Assembly (NCBI GenBank): GCA_963728205.1
Contig: CAVSIV010000006.1
Span: forward strand, 1,792,001 to 1,856,000
DNA length: 64,000 bases
Direction of reading: 5' to 3'
Origin: an uncultured Chloroflexia bacterium
GTDB taxonomy: Bacteria > Chloroflexota > Dehalococcoidia > UBA2979
Each line of letters starts with the position of its first letter. Position 1 is the stretch's first letter. The notes under the pieces are model-generated. The model saw only the letters and a program-made list of their open reading frames with translations, did no database searches and was not told the DNA's origin. The translations under genes were made by a program, and so were the position numbers. Positions 18,346 through 29,163 of the stretch are shown in pieces.

Positions 18346-18813
18346 GTGGAGCCTCCTCGGACACCTCGATGTCGACGACCGGGACCGGTCGTGCTGCCGG
18401 CGGGGACGCAGGCCTGTTCCGCGGCGGCGGCCGGCCGGACCCGTCGCCCCGCTCGGGGTGGTCCTGCGGAGCCGCGTGCTCGCGACCGGCAGCGAGGTCC
18501 GCCAGGACGCTGGCCGCGACCGCGGCCAGGTCGGCCAACCGAGCCAGCGTCTCCGGGCTCAGGGACCGGACCACCGCCGCGGAGCGGCACAGCGGACACC
18601 ACTGGCAGAACGGGTCGTGATCGCCGCCCGGCGCCGGCGCCGGCGCTGGCCTCGTCCGGGCTGCGCACGCCCGTGCGGCTCCCGCTCGGCCCCCGCGGGT
18701 GCAGCGTCCTCGGGTGGCACCGCCTCGCGTGCCGCGCGCCTCAGGCTCTCCAACAGCCGGGCAGCCTCGTCGGCGACGGAGCCCACCTGCTCGTCCCACT
18801 GGTCAGCGTCCAC
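18338..18813 (-). CDS. SCO2127/Rv2183c-like hypothetical with CxxCPxC motif; frameshifted
   Basis: VGSVADEAARLLESL..., then HDPFCQWCPLCR...PETLARLADLA. Lies between ArsA and glk. Confidence 0.7.
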
Positions 18814-20029
18814 TGGCCCACAGCTCCTCGTCGCGCTCGAAGCGCACCCGCAGCTCGCCCCGACCGACCGCGGCATCGACGACGGTGCACCGGCGCAGGA
18901 CCGAGGGCAGCGTGACGACCCGCCGTTGTCCGCCCACCTCGAGCACGAGGTCGTCCTCCCGTCGGGACACGGCCACCTCTCCGGCCGACACGAGCGGGAG
19001 AGGCAGGGTCAGCACGAAGCGCTCGCCCTCGGCGGCGACGTCCATACGAGGCACGTCGACGTCGGACACGAGGTCTGCCGGCACCGCCCCGGGCGCGGCG
19101 AGCGTGGCCTCCGCGAGGTCGGCCAGCGCGTCAGGGCCGATGGGTTCGCCGGCGAGGTAGGGAACCCTCATGAGCGGGATGCCGTGGAAGGACTCCTGGA
19201 CCATGGCGACGCCGCTCTCCTGCGCGGCAGCCCAGGCGGAGCGCCACCCGTCGCTGTCGCCCTCGCTCACCGGTGGGATCAGCCGGTTGACGACCACGGC
19301 ATCCACGGCGTACCCGTGGAGGGAGAGCGAGGTGAGCACCCGCCGGCTCTCGGCGATCACGACGCGTTCGGGAGTGAGGACGATCCGCACGCTGGCGCGC
19401 GGCGAGGTGAGCAGCGAGCGGATCTCGACCATGAGGTCGCGCCAGGCCCGCAGCACGAGCACCACCTCGGGGCCGGGAGCGGGGACGCCGGTGGCCGCGG
19501 AGGCAGCCGGCCGGAGCACCGTGAGGAGCTTGCGCTGGGCCGGGAGCAGGCGGTCGAGGTGCCACCCGAGCACCTCCGGAAGGGCGAGCAGCCGAAGGGT
19601 CTCGGCCGTGGGGGCGCAGTCGACGACGACGAGGTCCCAGCGGTCCTGCTCCGCCTGGTGGGCCAGCACTGCCAGTGCGGTGACCTCCTCGGCACCCGGG
19701 AGGGAGGTCAGCTCGTCGGCCACGACGGCATCGACGCCCATCGCGTCCAGGACGCGCAGCAGGTAGTCCCGCACGACCTGCCAGTCCGCCGCCACCGAGG
19801 TGTGGGCACCCACGGCGAGGGCGTGCAGTCCCGGCTCCACCTCATGGGTGTCCTGCCAGGTGCGTGCCTCTCGCAGGTCGACGTCGAGAGCGTCCCCCAG
19901 GCTGTGGGCGGCGTCGGTGGACATCACGAGGGTCCGCAGGCCCGAGCGTGCGGCCCGAACCGCCGTGGCGGCGGCGGTGGTGGTCTTGCCGACTCCGCCC
20001 TTGCCCGTGACGAGGACGATCCGTGGCAT
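18803..20029 (-). CDS. ArsA/Get3-family ATPase with C-terminal HSP20-like extension
   Basis: TGKGGVGKTT, STDAAHSL, VDCAPTAETLRLL; beta-rich C-terminal tail. Confidence 0.92.
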   Translation of the reverse strand: MPRIVLVTGKGGVGKTTTAAATAVRAARSGLRTLVMSTDAAHSLGDALDVDLREARTWQDTHEVEPGLHALAVGAHTSVAADWQVVRDYLLRVLDAMGVDAVVADELTSLPGAEEVTALAVLAHQAEQDRWDLVVVDCAPTAETLRLLALPEVLGWHLDRLLPAQRKLLTVLRPAASAATGVPAPGPEVVLVLRAWRDLMVEIRSLLTSPRASVRIVLTPERVVIAESRRVLTSLSLHGYAVDAVVVNRLIPPVSEGDSDGWRSAWAAAQESGVAMVQESFHGIPLMRVPYLAGEPIGPDALADLAEATLAAPGAVPADLVSDVDVPRMDVAAEGERFVLTLPLPLVSAGEVAVSRREDDLVLEVGGQRRVVTLPSVLRRCTVVDAAVGRGELRVRFERDEELWASGR

Positions 20030-20036
20030 GAGCCGC

Positions 20037-20480
20037 TCAGCCCTCGACGCGCTTCTTGAGCTCGGAGAGCGCGGTGTTGATGATGTGCTTCTCGGCCTTG
20101 CGCTTGAGCATCCCGATCATCGGCATGGTGAGGTCGACCTCGAGGTCGTAGGTGACCAGGGTCCCGGCGCCGCTCGGTGCGAGGGTGTAGCTGCCGGTGA
20201 GGCCCTTGAGCAGGTGGGCGCGCACGAGCCGCCACGACACCACCCCGCTGCCGTCGTCGGCGACGTCCCACTCGTACTCCAGGACGTAGTCATCGCGGAT
20301 CGCCCCGGCGTCCAGGACGAACTCCACGTGGTCGGCCCACCCGTCGCCGTCGCTGCTGAGCACGGTGCACTTCTTGACCTGCTCGGCCCACTCGGGGTAG
20401 CGCTCGAAGTCGGCGATGACGTCGAGGATGTCCCCCGGCGAGGCGGTGATCTCCATCGTGGACTGGGTGCGGTCGGCCAT
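20037..20480 (-). CDS. SRPBCC (cyclase/START-like) family protein
   Basis: VIADFERYPEW...DAGAIRDDYVLEY...GSYTL...KRKAEKHII. Confidence 0.88.
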   Translation of the reverse strand: MADRTQSTMEITASPGDILDVIADFERYPEWAEQVKKCTVLSSDGDGWADHVEFVLDAGAIRDDYVLEYEWDVADDGSGVVSWRLVRAHLLKGLTGSYTLAPSGAGTLVTYDLEVDLTMPMIGMLKRKAEKHIINTALSELKKRVEG

Positions 20481-20555
20481 GGCAGGGAGGTTACCCGCTC
20501 GCGGGGGTCCTAAGGTTGTGGGTCAGACCACGTGCGTCGACCGAAGGAGCTCACC

Positions 20556-22346
20556 GTGATCGAGAAGTCAACCCCCCTCGTGCTGCCAGCGACCGACGAA
20601 GGAAGCCTCGCAGACGTCCCCGGTCGCTGGGCGAGCACCGAGCCCGGACGAGTGACGTTCTCGGTGCGCTCCGGCGGAGGCTGGACCGATGTGACCGCGG
20701 CCACCTTCGCCGCCGACGTGGCTGCCCTGGCCAAGGGGTTCATCGCCGCTGGCGTGGCACAGGGGCAGGCCGTGGCCATCATGAGCCGCACGCGCTACGA
20801 GTGGACCGTCGCGGACTTCGCCCTGTGGTCGGTGGGGGCGGTGCCGGTGCCGATCTACGAGACCTCCTCGCCCGACCAGGTCCAGTGGATCCTGCGCGAC
20901 TCGGATGCGGTGGGCGTGCTCGTCGAGACCGCGAACCACCGGGCGTCCGTGGAGCAGGGGCGGGGCGAGCTCCCGGAGCTGGCCCACGTGTGGGTCATCG
21001 ACCAGGGCGACATCGACACCCTCAGTCTCGACGGCAACGACGTCGAGGACGCGGAGCTGGCGGCGCGACGGGCAGCCCTGAGCCGCAACGACCTCGCGAC
21101 GATCATCTACACCTCCGGAACGACCGGTCGTCCCAAGGGCGTCGAGCTGACCCACGGCAACTTCCTCACCCTCTCGGAGAACACCGCGCAGAAGCTCGCC
21201 GACGTGGTCGCGAGCCCCGGTGCCTCGACCCTGCTCTTCCTGCCCGTCGCGCACGTGTTCGCGCGGTTCATCGAGGTCCTCGCTGTCACCGCCGGAGTCC
21301 GGATGGGGCACTCCTCCGACCTCAAGACGTTGATGGAGGACTTCGCGGCGTTCCAGCCCACCTTCATCCTCGCGGTCCCGCGCGTCTTCGAGAAGATCTT
21401 CAACTCGGCGGAGGCCAAGGCCCACGCAGGCGGCAAGGCCAAGATCTTCGACGGCGCCGCGGCGGCGGCCATCGCGTGGTCGGAGGCCCTGGACAGCGGC
21501 ACGGTGCCCTTCGGTCTGCGGGTGCGGCACGCGGTCTTCGACAAGCTGGTCTACGCGAAGCTCCGTGAGGCCATGGGCGGCAAGGTGGAGTACGCCGTGT
21601 CCGGTGGCGCACCGCTCGGCACCCGCCTGGGGCACTTCTTCCGCGGGATCGGCGTGACGATCCTCGAGGGCTACGGGCTCACCGAGACGACGGCCCCCGC
21701 CACGGTCAACCAGCCGGATGCCCTGCGGATCGGCTCCGTCGGCCAGCCACTTCCCGGGGTCGACATCCGGATCGCCGACGACGGCGAGATCTGCATCCGT
21801 GGGATCAACGTCTTCCACGCCTACCACAGCAACGAGACCGCGACCGCGGAGGCCATCCGCGACGGCTGGTTCCACACCGGTGACATCGGGGAGCTCGACG
21901 ACGACGGCTTCCTGCGGATCACCGGGCGCAAGAAGGAGATCCTCGTCACCGCGGGTGGGAAGAACGTCGCTCCGGCCGTGCTCGAGGACAGGCTGCGGGC
22001 CCACCCCCTGGTGTCCCAGTGCATCGTCGTCGGCGATGGCCAGCCGTTCATCGCGGCCCTGGTCACCCTCGATGCCGACATGTACCCGGGGTGGGCGGCC
22101 AACCACGGCCTCGAGGCGGTGCCCTTCGCGGCGGCCCGCACCAACGAGCAGATCCTCGCGGAGATCCAGCTCGCCGTCGACGACGCCAACACCGCGGTCT
22201 CCAGGGCCGAGTCGATCCGCAAGTTCGCGATCCTCGATGCCGACTTCACCGAGGAGTCCGGCCACCTCACCCCGTCGCTCAAGCTCAAGCGCAACGTCGT
22301 GATGCGCGACTTCGAGGACGAGGTCGCGGCCCTCTACGGTGGCTGA
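20556..22346 (+). CDS. Long-chain fatty acid-CoA ligase (FadD15-like)
   Basis: YTSGTTGRPKG, EGYGLTET, WFHTGDIG, GRKKE, LTPSLKLKR. Confidence 0.93.
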   Translation: MIEKSTPLVLPATDEGSLADVPGRWASTEPGRVTFSVRSGGGWTDVTAATFAADVAALAKGFIAAGVAQGQAVAIMSRTRYEWTVADFALWSVGAVPVPIYETSSPDQVQWILRDSDAVGVLVETANHRASVEQGRGELPELAHVWVIDQGDIDTLSLDGNDVEDAELAARRAALSRNDLATIIYTSGTTGRPKGVELTHGNFLTLSENTAQKLADVVASPGASTLLFLPVAHVFARFIEVLAVTAGVRMGHSSDLKTLMEDFAAFQPTFILAVPRVFEKIFNSAEAKAHAGGKAKIFDGAAAAAIAWSEALDSGTVPFGLRVRHAVFDKLVYAKLREAMGGKVEYAVSGGAPLGTRLGHFFRGIGVTILEGYGLTETTAPATVNQPDALRIGSVGQPLPGVDIRIADDGEICIRGINVFHAYHSNETATAEAIRDGWFHTGDIGELDDDGFLRITGRKKEILVTAGGKNVAPAVLEDRLRAHPLVSQCIVVGDGQPFIAALVTLDADMYPGWAANHGLEAVPFAAARTNEQILAEIQLAVDDANTAVSRAESIRKFAILDADFTEESGHLTPSLKLKRNVVMRDFEDEVAALYGG

Positions 22347-23700
22347 CCCGGCTCCTTCCGCGGGTCACCTCTCTGCGGTCCGAGTCCTGCCGTGGGTGCT
22401 CGGCACGGCCTGGCTGGCATGGTTCGGCGTCCTCCAGTGGAGCGTCGTGCGGTTTCGGGTCCCCATCGTGGTGACCCTCACGCTGTGCACCGTGCTGCTC
22501 GCCTGGTGGCTCGTGCGACGGGTGGAGGTGCCGCTGCCTCGCCGGCTGGCGCCGCTCGTGCTGCTGGGGTCGATCGCGGTCGGCGTCACGGTGCCCCTGT
22601 TCACCTACCTTCGGGGCGGCTGGGTGACCCTCGCCCTGGCACTCATCACCGTCGGCGGCCTGGTCTGCGCCGCCCTCCTCCTGAACCCGCACCCGTGGGC
22701 GGCGCGAGCCGCGTTCGGGGTCGCGGTCCTGACCCACGTCTCCCTCTCCGTCGTGGCGATCATCGGTGACCCCGCCCCGAGGATCGACGTCTGGGTCGTC
22801 CTCCAGCAGGGCTCCGACGCCCTCGGCCGGGGCGAGAACCTCTACACCCAGCAATGGACCGACTCCCCCGGTGTCCAGGACTTCTTCCCCTACCTCCCCT
22901 GGATGGCTGTGCTCGTCGCTCCGGCCCGGTGGCTGGCCGGCGACGTCCGGTGGGCCCTCCTGCTGTGGTCGGTCATCCTGTACGTCGGGCTCTGGGCCCT
23001 CGCGCGCGGAAGGGTCGAGCGGGCCGCCGCGGTCACCGCCGTCCTCGTGCTCGCGCCGGGCAGCCTGACCCAGATCGACCAGTCGTGGACCGAGCCGGTG
23101 CTGGCGGCCGCGCTCGTCTGGTGGGCCGTGCTGGTCCGGCGTGGTCACGCGTGGTGGGCGGTCGTCCCCCTCGCCCTGGCGTGCGCGAGCAAGCAACACC
23201 TCGCGCTGCTCGCCCCGGTGCTGCTCGCCTGGCGACCGTTCGGGGTGGCCCGCACGCTGGTCACCGGCGGGGTCACCGCCCTGCTCCTGCTCCCCTGGGT
23301 GCTCGCCGACCCGGGCGCCTTCGTCGGCGACACGGTGACCACGCTGCTGGAGTTCCATCCGATCCGGTTCGCGAACACGTGGTACCTGTACTTCCTCAAC
23401 GAGTGGGGCGTCACCCTGCCGTTCGCCGTCACCGCGACGGTCATGGTGGGGGTCGTCGCGGTGGCGACATATGCCGTGTGGCGACGCCAACCACCGCTCG
23501 CCGAGGTGCTGCGCTGGCTCGCGCTGGTGCTCGCAGTGGCGAACCTCGTCAACAAGCAGGCGTTCTACAACCAGTACTGGTTGGTCGGGGCTCTCGTCGC
23601 GGCGTCCCTCGCGCTGCCCCGCGAACCGGACCGGGGGCCGGACCGGGGGCTAGGCCTCAGGAGGCAAGAGAGCGCAGGTGCTCCCGCCACTCCCCGGTGA
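22339..23700 (+). CDS. Multi-pass membrane protein, GT-C/GT87-like glycosyltransferase
   Basis: Many TMs; IDVW...GENLY...FPYLP...DVR, ASKQH, QAFYNQY motifs. Confidence 0.6.
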   Translation: MADPAPSAGHLSAVRVLPWVLGTAWLAWFGVLQWSVVRFRVPIVVTLTLCTVLLAWWLVRRVEVPLPRRLAPLVLLGSIAVGVTVPLFTYLRGGWVTLALALITVGGLVCAALLLNPHPWAARAAFGVAVLTHVSLSVVAIIGDPAPRIDVWVVLQQGSDALGRGENLYTQQWTDSPGVQDFFPYLPWMAVLVAPARWLAGDVRWALLLWSVILYVGLWALARGRVERAAAVTAVLVLAPGSLTQIDQSWTEPVLAAALVWWAVLVRRGHAWWAVVPLALACASKQHLALLAPVLLAWRPFGVARTLVTGGVTALLLLPWVLADPGAFVGDTVTTLLEFHPIRFANTWYLYFLNEWGVTLPFAVTATVMVGVVAVATYAVWRRQPPLAEVLRWLALVLAVANLVNKQAFYNQYWLVGALVAASLALPREPDRGPDRGLGLRRQESAGAPATPR

Positions 23701-24953
23701 GGTTCTCGCGCGTGGTGCCCAGCACGTCGCGCAGCGCCCGGTCCGTGGCGGCGCGCACCTCGGCGTCTGACCCGGTGCTCGAGGCGGCCACGACGAAGCG
23801 GCGCAGCGCGGCCTCGCCGTTGCGGGCGGCGATGAGCTCGACCGCCTGCCACGAGGCGAGATAGGCCACCTCGATGTCGCCGTTGGCAGGGTCGACCTCC
23901 TCGCGCCCCGGCAGCCGGGTCGGCGCCGATCCGGCGCGCACCGCGGCCGCGAGCGGAGCGGTGAGCCGGGAGACCGGCAGTCCGGCGTACCGGTAGCCGA
24001 CGTGGTCCGCGTAGCCCTCCGTCACCCAGGGCTCCGCACGGCCGGGGACGGTGGACCGGACGGCGACGTGGGTGAGCTCGTGCGCGAGGACGACCTGCCG
24101 TCCGGCCGGCGTCAGCCTGGCGAACGCTCCCGGGTCGAGGATCACGCGGTCGCCCGTGGCGGTGCCTTCGGCGCCCACCGGGCCCTCGGTCGTGGCCGCC
24201 ACCGCCGCTTCCGGCGAGGTGCGCCCCAGGACGCGGTCCGCCTCGGCCTGCGTGGCCGGCGCCAGGACGAGCACGCGATCGGGCACCGTCCACGTCGTCG
24301 CGAGGTCTGCACGGGCGCGCTCCACGGCCGCGGCATGCTCGGCGAGGACGTCGGCGTCGACCGTTCCGACGACGACGGCGTGCGGGCTGCGCTCGACGAC
24401 CGCGCCCGGAAGGGCGAGCCACGGCGCCGTCGACCCCGGGCCCGGCGGGACTCTCGGAGGCGACGAGCCACCCATCGCCCGAGCGCACCAGGGCGGAGGT
24501 GGTCGTGGCCGTACGGTCCCCGGTGTCGACGCCGACCACCCGGTAGTGCAGCACCGTCTCGACGGTGACGTCCTCGGCCGGAGGCGACACGTCGGCGGGG
24601 GCCGTAAGCACCCGGAACTCGGTGTGGCGGACCCGGTCGAGGCCGAGGTCGACGGCCGTGTCGAACGCCGCGAGCTGTCGCCGCCCTTCGGGTGATGGCG
24701 GGCCGGCGACGGTTGCGGCATAGGCCTGCCTGTCCCCCGTCGTCAGGGCGATCTCGCGCGCGGTGAGCACGGCGTCGATGGCGGCGCGGTCGCCGGCGAC
24801 GAGGCCGGACTGCCCAGCGGGCGGGGCGGCGTTGAGTGACGAGCCTCCCGTGGGCGTGGCTGCCCCCTGGGTGCCGCCGCCCCGCTCCTGCCCGGCGCAC
24901 CCGGCCAGCAGACCCGACACCCCGAGAATCACGACGGCGAACACCGCTCCCAT
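23657..24953 (-). CDS. Secreted/lipoprotein zincin-like peptidase (Rv2189c-like); frameshift near 24430
   Basis: Lipobox-like LLAGC; VLAHELTHVA...WVTEGYADHV (HExxH...E). Confidence 0.72.
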
Positions 24954-25058
24954 TCGCGCAGCCCGGGGGGCCGTGGTGGGCGCGCGCCCGAGCCGTGAAC
25001 GGTCGATGGGCGGGAGCGGTGGGCACACCCCATCGTAGGAAGGCCCGGCAGGGCGCCG

Positions 25059-25355
25059 TCACCCCACGGCCCGACCACCGTCCGGGCTCTGCGACGGAGT
25101 CGGCGTGGCCGCACCCCACACCCGGTGCCCCGGGTCGAGCCTGGCCCTCAGCCGCGACGCGGAGTCGGCATCGACCAGGCCCGCCCCCACCAGCCTGGTC
25201 ACCGCCGCGCGCTCCTCGGCGTCGAGGCCGTGGTCGGGCGGCGGGGCATGCGCCGTGAGCTCGAGCAGCACCGGCACCATGCAGTCGCCGCAGTGCAGCT
25301 CGCGCACCGGGCAGGTGCGGCACTCGACCGTCAGTGCGAGGTCGTTGGTCGTCAT
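25059..25355 (-). CDS. Small Cys4 (CxxC-x6-CxxC) putative metal-binding protein
   Basis: MTTNDLALTVECRTCPVRELHCGDCMVPVLL...LDAEERAAVTRLVGAGLV; SD AAGGGAG. Confidence 0.72.
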   Translation of the reverse strand: MTTNDLALTVECRTCPVRELHCGDCMVPVLLELTAHAPPPDHGLDAEERAAVTRLVGAGLVDADSASRLRARLDPGHRVWGAATPTPSQSPDGGRAVG

Positions 25356-25387
25356 GCGTCTCACTCCCTTCCGAGTGGTCTGCGTCC

Positions 25388-25409
25388 ACGCTATGGGCGG
25401 GCACCGACA
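25388..25409 (-). promoter_or_regulatory. PafBC-type promoter of the Cys4 gene
   Basis: Minus strand TGTCGG-TGCCCGCCCA-TAGCGT. Confidence 0.7.
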
Positions 25410-25474
25410 GGGCCGCGGACCGTGTCGGAGCAGCTCCCGGTCTCCGGCCGCGGCGCCGCGCGCCTCACTCGTGC

Positions 25475-25496
25475 TGTCGGTACCGGCGCCTACCGT
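25475..25496 (+). promoter_or_regulatory. PafBC-type promoter of the Rv2191-like nuclease (probably leaderless)
   Basis: TGTCGG-TACCGGCGCC-TACCGT, 7 nt before ATG 25504. Confidence 0.75.
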
Positions 25497-25503
25497 CGGC
25501 GAC

Positions 25504-27223
25504 ATGACGATGGTCCAGGGCACGTTCGACGACCTCGGCACCGCACTGTCCACCGTCACCTTCGTCGTCGTCGACCTCGAGACCACCGGGGGGAGCCCCG
25601 CCGAGTGCGGCATCACCGAGATCGGCGCCGTCAGGGTGCGCGGCGGCGAGGTCCTCGGCGAGTTCCAGACCCTCGTCAACCCCGGCACGGCCATCCCCGC
25701 CTTCATCTCGGTGCTCACCGGCATCACCGACTCGATGGTCACCGGAGCACCTCGCATCGAGGCCGCCCTGCCGGCCTTCCTCGAGTTCGCGGCCGGGTCG
25801 GTGCTCGTCGCGCACAACGCGGGCTTCGACATCTCCTTCCTCAAGGCCGCGGCACGGCGCACCGACCAGGAGTGGCCGGGCTTTCCCGTGCTCGACACGG
25901 TGCACCTGGCCCGCCAGCTGGTGCGCCGCGACGAGGTGCCCAACCACCGCCTCTCCTCGCTGGCCCGCCTGTTCCGGGCGGGCACGACCCCCGACCACCG
26001 GGCCCTGCACGACGCCAGGGCCACCGTCGACGTGCTGCACGGCCTCATCGAGCGCGTCGGCTCGCTCGGCGTGCACTCCCTCGAGGAGCTGCTCGACTAC
26101 ACCGCGCAGGTGTCGCCGGCCCGCCGCCGCAAGCGTCACCTCGCCGACGGGCTGCCCGATGCCCCCGGCGTCTACCTCTTCAAGGACGGTCAGGGCCGGG
26201 TGCTCTACGTCGGCACGTCGGTCTCCATCCGCACCCGGGTGCGCTCCTACTTCACCGCGTCCGAGCACCGTCGCCGGATGGGTGAGATGGTTCGCATCGC
26301 CGAGTCCGTGAGCCCGGTGGTCTGCGCCACCACGTTGGAGGCCGAGGTGCGTGAGCTGCGGCTCATCGCCCAGCACAAGCCGCGCTACAACCGGCGCTCC
26401 CGGCATCCCGAGCGGGCCCTGTGGGTCAAGCTCACCGTCGAGCCCTTCCCGCGGCTGAGCATCGTGCGCACGGTCGCCGACGACGGCAGCAGGTATGCCG
26501 GCCCCTTCGGCTCGCGCTCGGCCGCACAGGCCGCGGTCGCCGCCGTGCACGAGGTGCTCCCGCTGCGCCAGTGCCTGGAGCGGCTCTCCCCCACTAGGCC
26601 ACGATCGGCCTGCGCCCTTGCCGAGATGGGCCGCTGCGGGGCTCCGTGCACCGGCGCCCAGAGCGTCGACGACTACGCCCGCGTCGTCGACCGGGCGGTC
26701 GAGCTGCTCGCCGGCGACACGCGCGAGCTGCTCACCGCCCTGCGTGCCCGGTTGGCCGAGCTCGCCGCTGCCGAGCGCTTCGAGGACGCCCAGGTGGTGC
26801 GCGACCGGCTGGTCGCCCTCGTGCGCGGCACCTCCCGCTCCCAGAGACTCGACCCTCTCGCCCGCATCGGCGAGCTCGTGGCCGCCCGCCGCTCGACCCT
26901 GGGCGGGTGGGAGATCGTGTGCGTGCGCCACGGGCGCCTGGCGGGCAGCACCACGGCGCCTCGCGGGGCCGACCCGATGCCCTACGTCGAGGCCCTCCGG
27001 GCCAGCGCCGAGGTCGTGGCCCCGGCTCCACCGCCCTCCACCGCCGCCACCGCCGAGGAGAGCGAGAAGATCCTGCGCTGGCTCGAGTCGCCGGGGGTAC
27101 GCATCGTCGACGTCGACGGGATCATGGACCTGCCCGGTCGGCGGGTCGGCAGCGGTGCGAGCCGAGCTCGAGCCGCTGGAGACCTCGCGGCGAGCCGCGC
27201 CGGGGTTCGCCGGCACCCGGTGA
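25504..27223 (+). CDS. DEDDh exonuclease + GIY-YIG (Cho/UvrC-like) fusion, Rv2191-like; likely frameshift near 27121
   Basis: VVDLETTG, VAHNAGFD, HRALHDA, then PGVYLF...LYVG...RVRSYF...PRYN, and ERFEDA (UVR-like). Probable true C-terminus WTCPVGG ends at 27223. Confidence 0.9.
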
Positions 27224-27264
27224 GGCCCACCCCGCGGCGCGGGGCCGGCGGCTAGTCTGAGTCG

Positions 27265-27546
27265 GTGATCACCGCCATCGTCCTCATCAGCGCCGACGTC
27301 GACCGCATCCCCGAGGTCGCCCAGGAGATCGCCGACCTCGACGGCGTCACCGAGGTCTACTCCGTCGCCGGCGACGCCGACCTCATCGCGATGGTGCGGG
27401 TGCGCCAGCACGAGGAGCTCGCCGACGTCATCGCCGACCGCCTCAACAAGGTCACGGGCGTCACGGGCACGGCCACGCACATCGCGTTCCGCACCTACTC
27501 CGCGCACGACCTCGAGGCCGCCTTCAGCCTCGGCATCGACGACTGA
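27265..27546 (+). CDS. Lrp/AsnC ligand-binding domain protein
   Basis: MITAIVLI...GVTEVYSVAGDADLIAMVRV...THIAFRTYS. Confidence 0.88.
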   Translation: MITAIVLISADVDRIPEVAQEIADLDGVTEVYSVAGDADLIAMVRVRQHEELADVIADRLNKVTGVTGTATHIAFRTYSAHDLEAAFSLGIDD

Positions 27547-27570
27547 GGGCCACGCCTCCCCCGCTCCCGC

Positions 27571-29163
27571 TCAGCGGACGAGGTCGCGCCGGCGGAAGCC
27601 GGTGAACCCGATCGCGAGGAACGCCACGGTCACCATGCTGACCCAGAGCAGGCCGGTCCAGTCGGCGTCGGAGACGGTGACGTCCGGGACGTGCCAGAAG
27701 GGGCTGATCGCCAGGGCCCAGTCGGGAAGCCCGAACGTGGGCCCGAGCAGGGTCAGCCCGAACGACGACAGCACCCCGACCCAGGCGGCCAGGATGATGA
27801 CCGGCCGGGCGCCGACGACCGCCACGGACACGCTGACGATCGCCCACACCGCGGGAACCATGGCGACCGCCTGCAGCACGCCGTCGCCGAACGCGACCCC
27901 GATGTCGGCGCTGGATGCGACGGCGGCGATGAGCGTGCCCGCGAGCAGGACGAACGCGCTGCACGCGGCCAGCGCAACGGCGACGCTGGAGGCGAAGTAG
28001 CGGGGGCGCGTCACGGCAGTGGCGATGATCGGCTCGACCCGGTCGTCCATCTCCTCGGAGCGGACCCGGAGCACGACCTGGACCGCCGGGACGGCGGCCA
28101 GGATGCCGACGAGGCTGAGGATCGTCACGAGGAAGGCCGAGATGAGCTGGTCGGGGCTGGCCGCGCCGGCGGCCAGGAACTGCTGCACTCCGGTGTCGGA
28201 GGCGAGGATGTCCTTGACCGATGTCGTGAAGTACCCGAACACCAGGCCGAGGGCGGTGAACGCCGCGGTCCAGGTGATGAACGACCCGCGGCTCAGCCGG
28301 AGCGCCAGCGCCAGCGGCGTGTGCATCGTGCCGCGGCCGGGGCCGGGCCGCGGCGCGACCGCTCCCTGACCGAAGTCGCGGCGGGCCTGGAGGGCGAACG
28401 CCACGGCCAGCAGGACCGCCGCCAGGGCGACCGCGAGCAGGAGGGGCCACCAGGTGTTCCCGGTCGCCGGTCGCGTCTCGGTCATCCACCCGAGCGGGTT
28501 CACCCAGATCGTCCACTCCGGCGCCTCGAGGGAGTAGGCGATCCCCCGCAGCATGAACAGCACGCCCAGGGCTCCGACCGCCATCGAGCTGGCGGTGCGG
28601 GCGTCGGACCCGAGCTGGGCCGTCACCGCCGCCAGGGCGGCGAAGAGCCACCCGGTGGCGGTGAAGGTCGCGGCGAGCAGCATCGAGGCCTCCCACGCGC
28701 CACCCGAGAGCACCGTGGCGAGGCCGACCACGATGCCGAGCGCGAGCGACCCGAGGTAGGCCAGGCCGACCGCGGTCATCAGCCGGCTCCCACGACCCAG
28801 CACCCCGGAGGCGAGCAGCTCGGCTTGCCCCGAGTCCTCCTGCCCTCGCGTGGCACGGGTGACGGCCAGGATCGCCCCGAGCGCTGCGAGGAAGCCGCCG
28901 AGGGCAAGACTGCGCCAGGCGTTGAACCCGTCGACCGTGCTGAGGTCGTAGGCGGGGCCGAAGATGAGCCCGAGCGCGGGGTTGGCGCCGATCGCCCCGG
29001 CGAGGGCGGCTCGGTCCTGCTCGGTCGGGAAGACGAATGCGTAGACGAGCACCGACGAGGTCGACAGCGCGGTCGTCAGGACGATCCACGGAACGAGCAG
29101 TCGTCCGTCGTGCTTGAGGGTGGTGCGCAGCAGGGGCGCGGTGCCGGTGAGTGCCAGGCTCAT
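27571..29163 (-). CDS. ABC-2 type exporter permease (TnrB3-like)
   Basis: Duplicated halves with EDSGQAELL and EEMDDRVE loops, RRDFGQG and RRRDL ends; about 12 TMs. Confidence 0.88.
   Translation of the reverse strand: MSLALTGTAPLLRTTLKHDGRLLVPWIVLTTALSTSSVLVYAFVFPTEQDRAALAGAIGANPALGLIFGPAYDLSTVDGFNAWRSLALGGFLAALGAILAVTRATRGQEDSGQAELLASGVLGRGSRLMTAVGLAYLGSLALGIVVGLATVLSGGAWEASMLLAATFTATGWLFAALAAVTAQLGSDARTASSMAVGALGVLFMLRGIAYSLEAPEWTIWVNPLGWMTETRPATGNTWWPLLLAVALAAVLLAVAFALQARRDFGQGAVAPRPGPGRGTMHTPLALALRLSRGSFITWTAAFTALGLVFGYFTTSVKDILASDTGVQQFLAAGAASPDQLISAFLVTILSLVGILAAVPAVQVVLRVRSEEMDDRVEPIIATAVTRPRYFASSVAVALAACSAFVLLAGTLIAAVASSADIGVAFGDGVLQAVAMVPAVWAIVSVSVAVVGARPVIILAAWVGVLSSFGLTLLGPTFGLPDWALAISPFWHVPDVTVSDADWTGLLWVSMVTVAFLAIGFTGFRRRDLVR

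Noticed and set aside
18803-20029. Arsenic resistance locus
   Set aside because: Single-domain ArsA/Get3-like ATPase with no arsB, arsC, arsR or acr3; the context is the conserved glk/lipid cluster.
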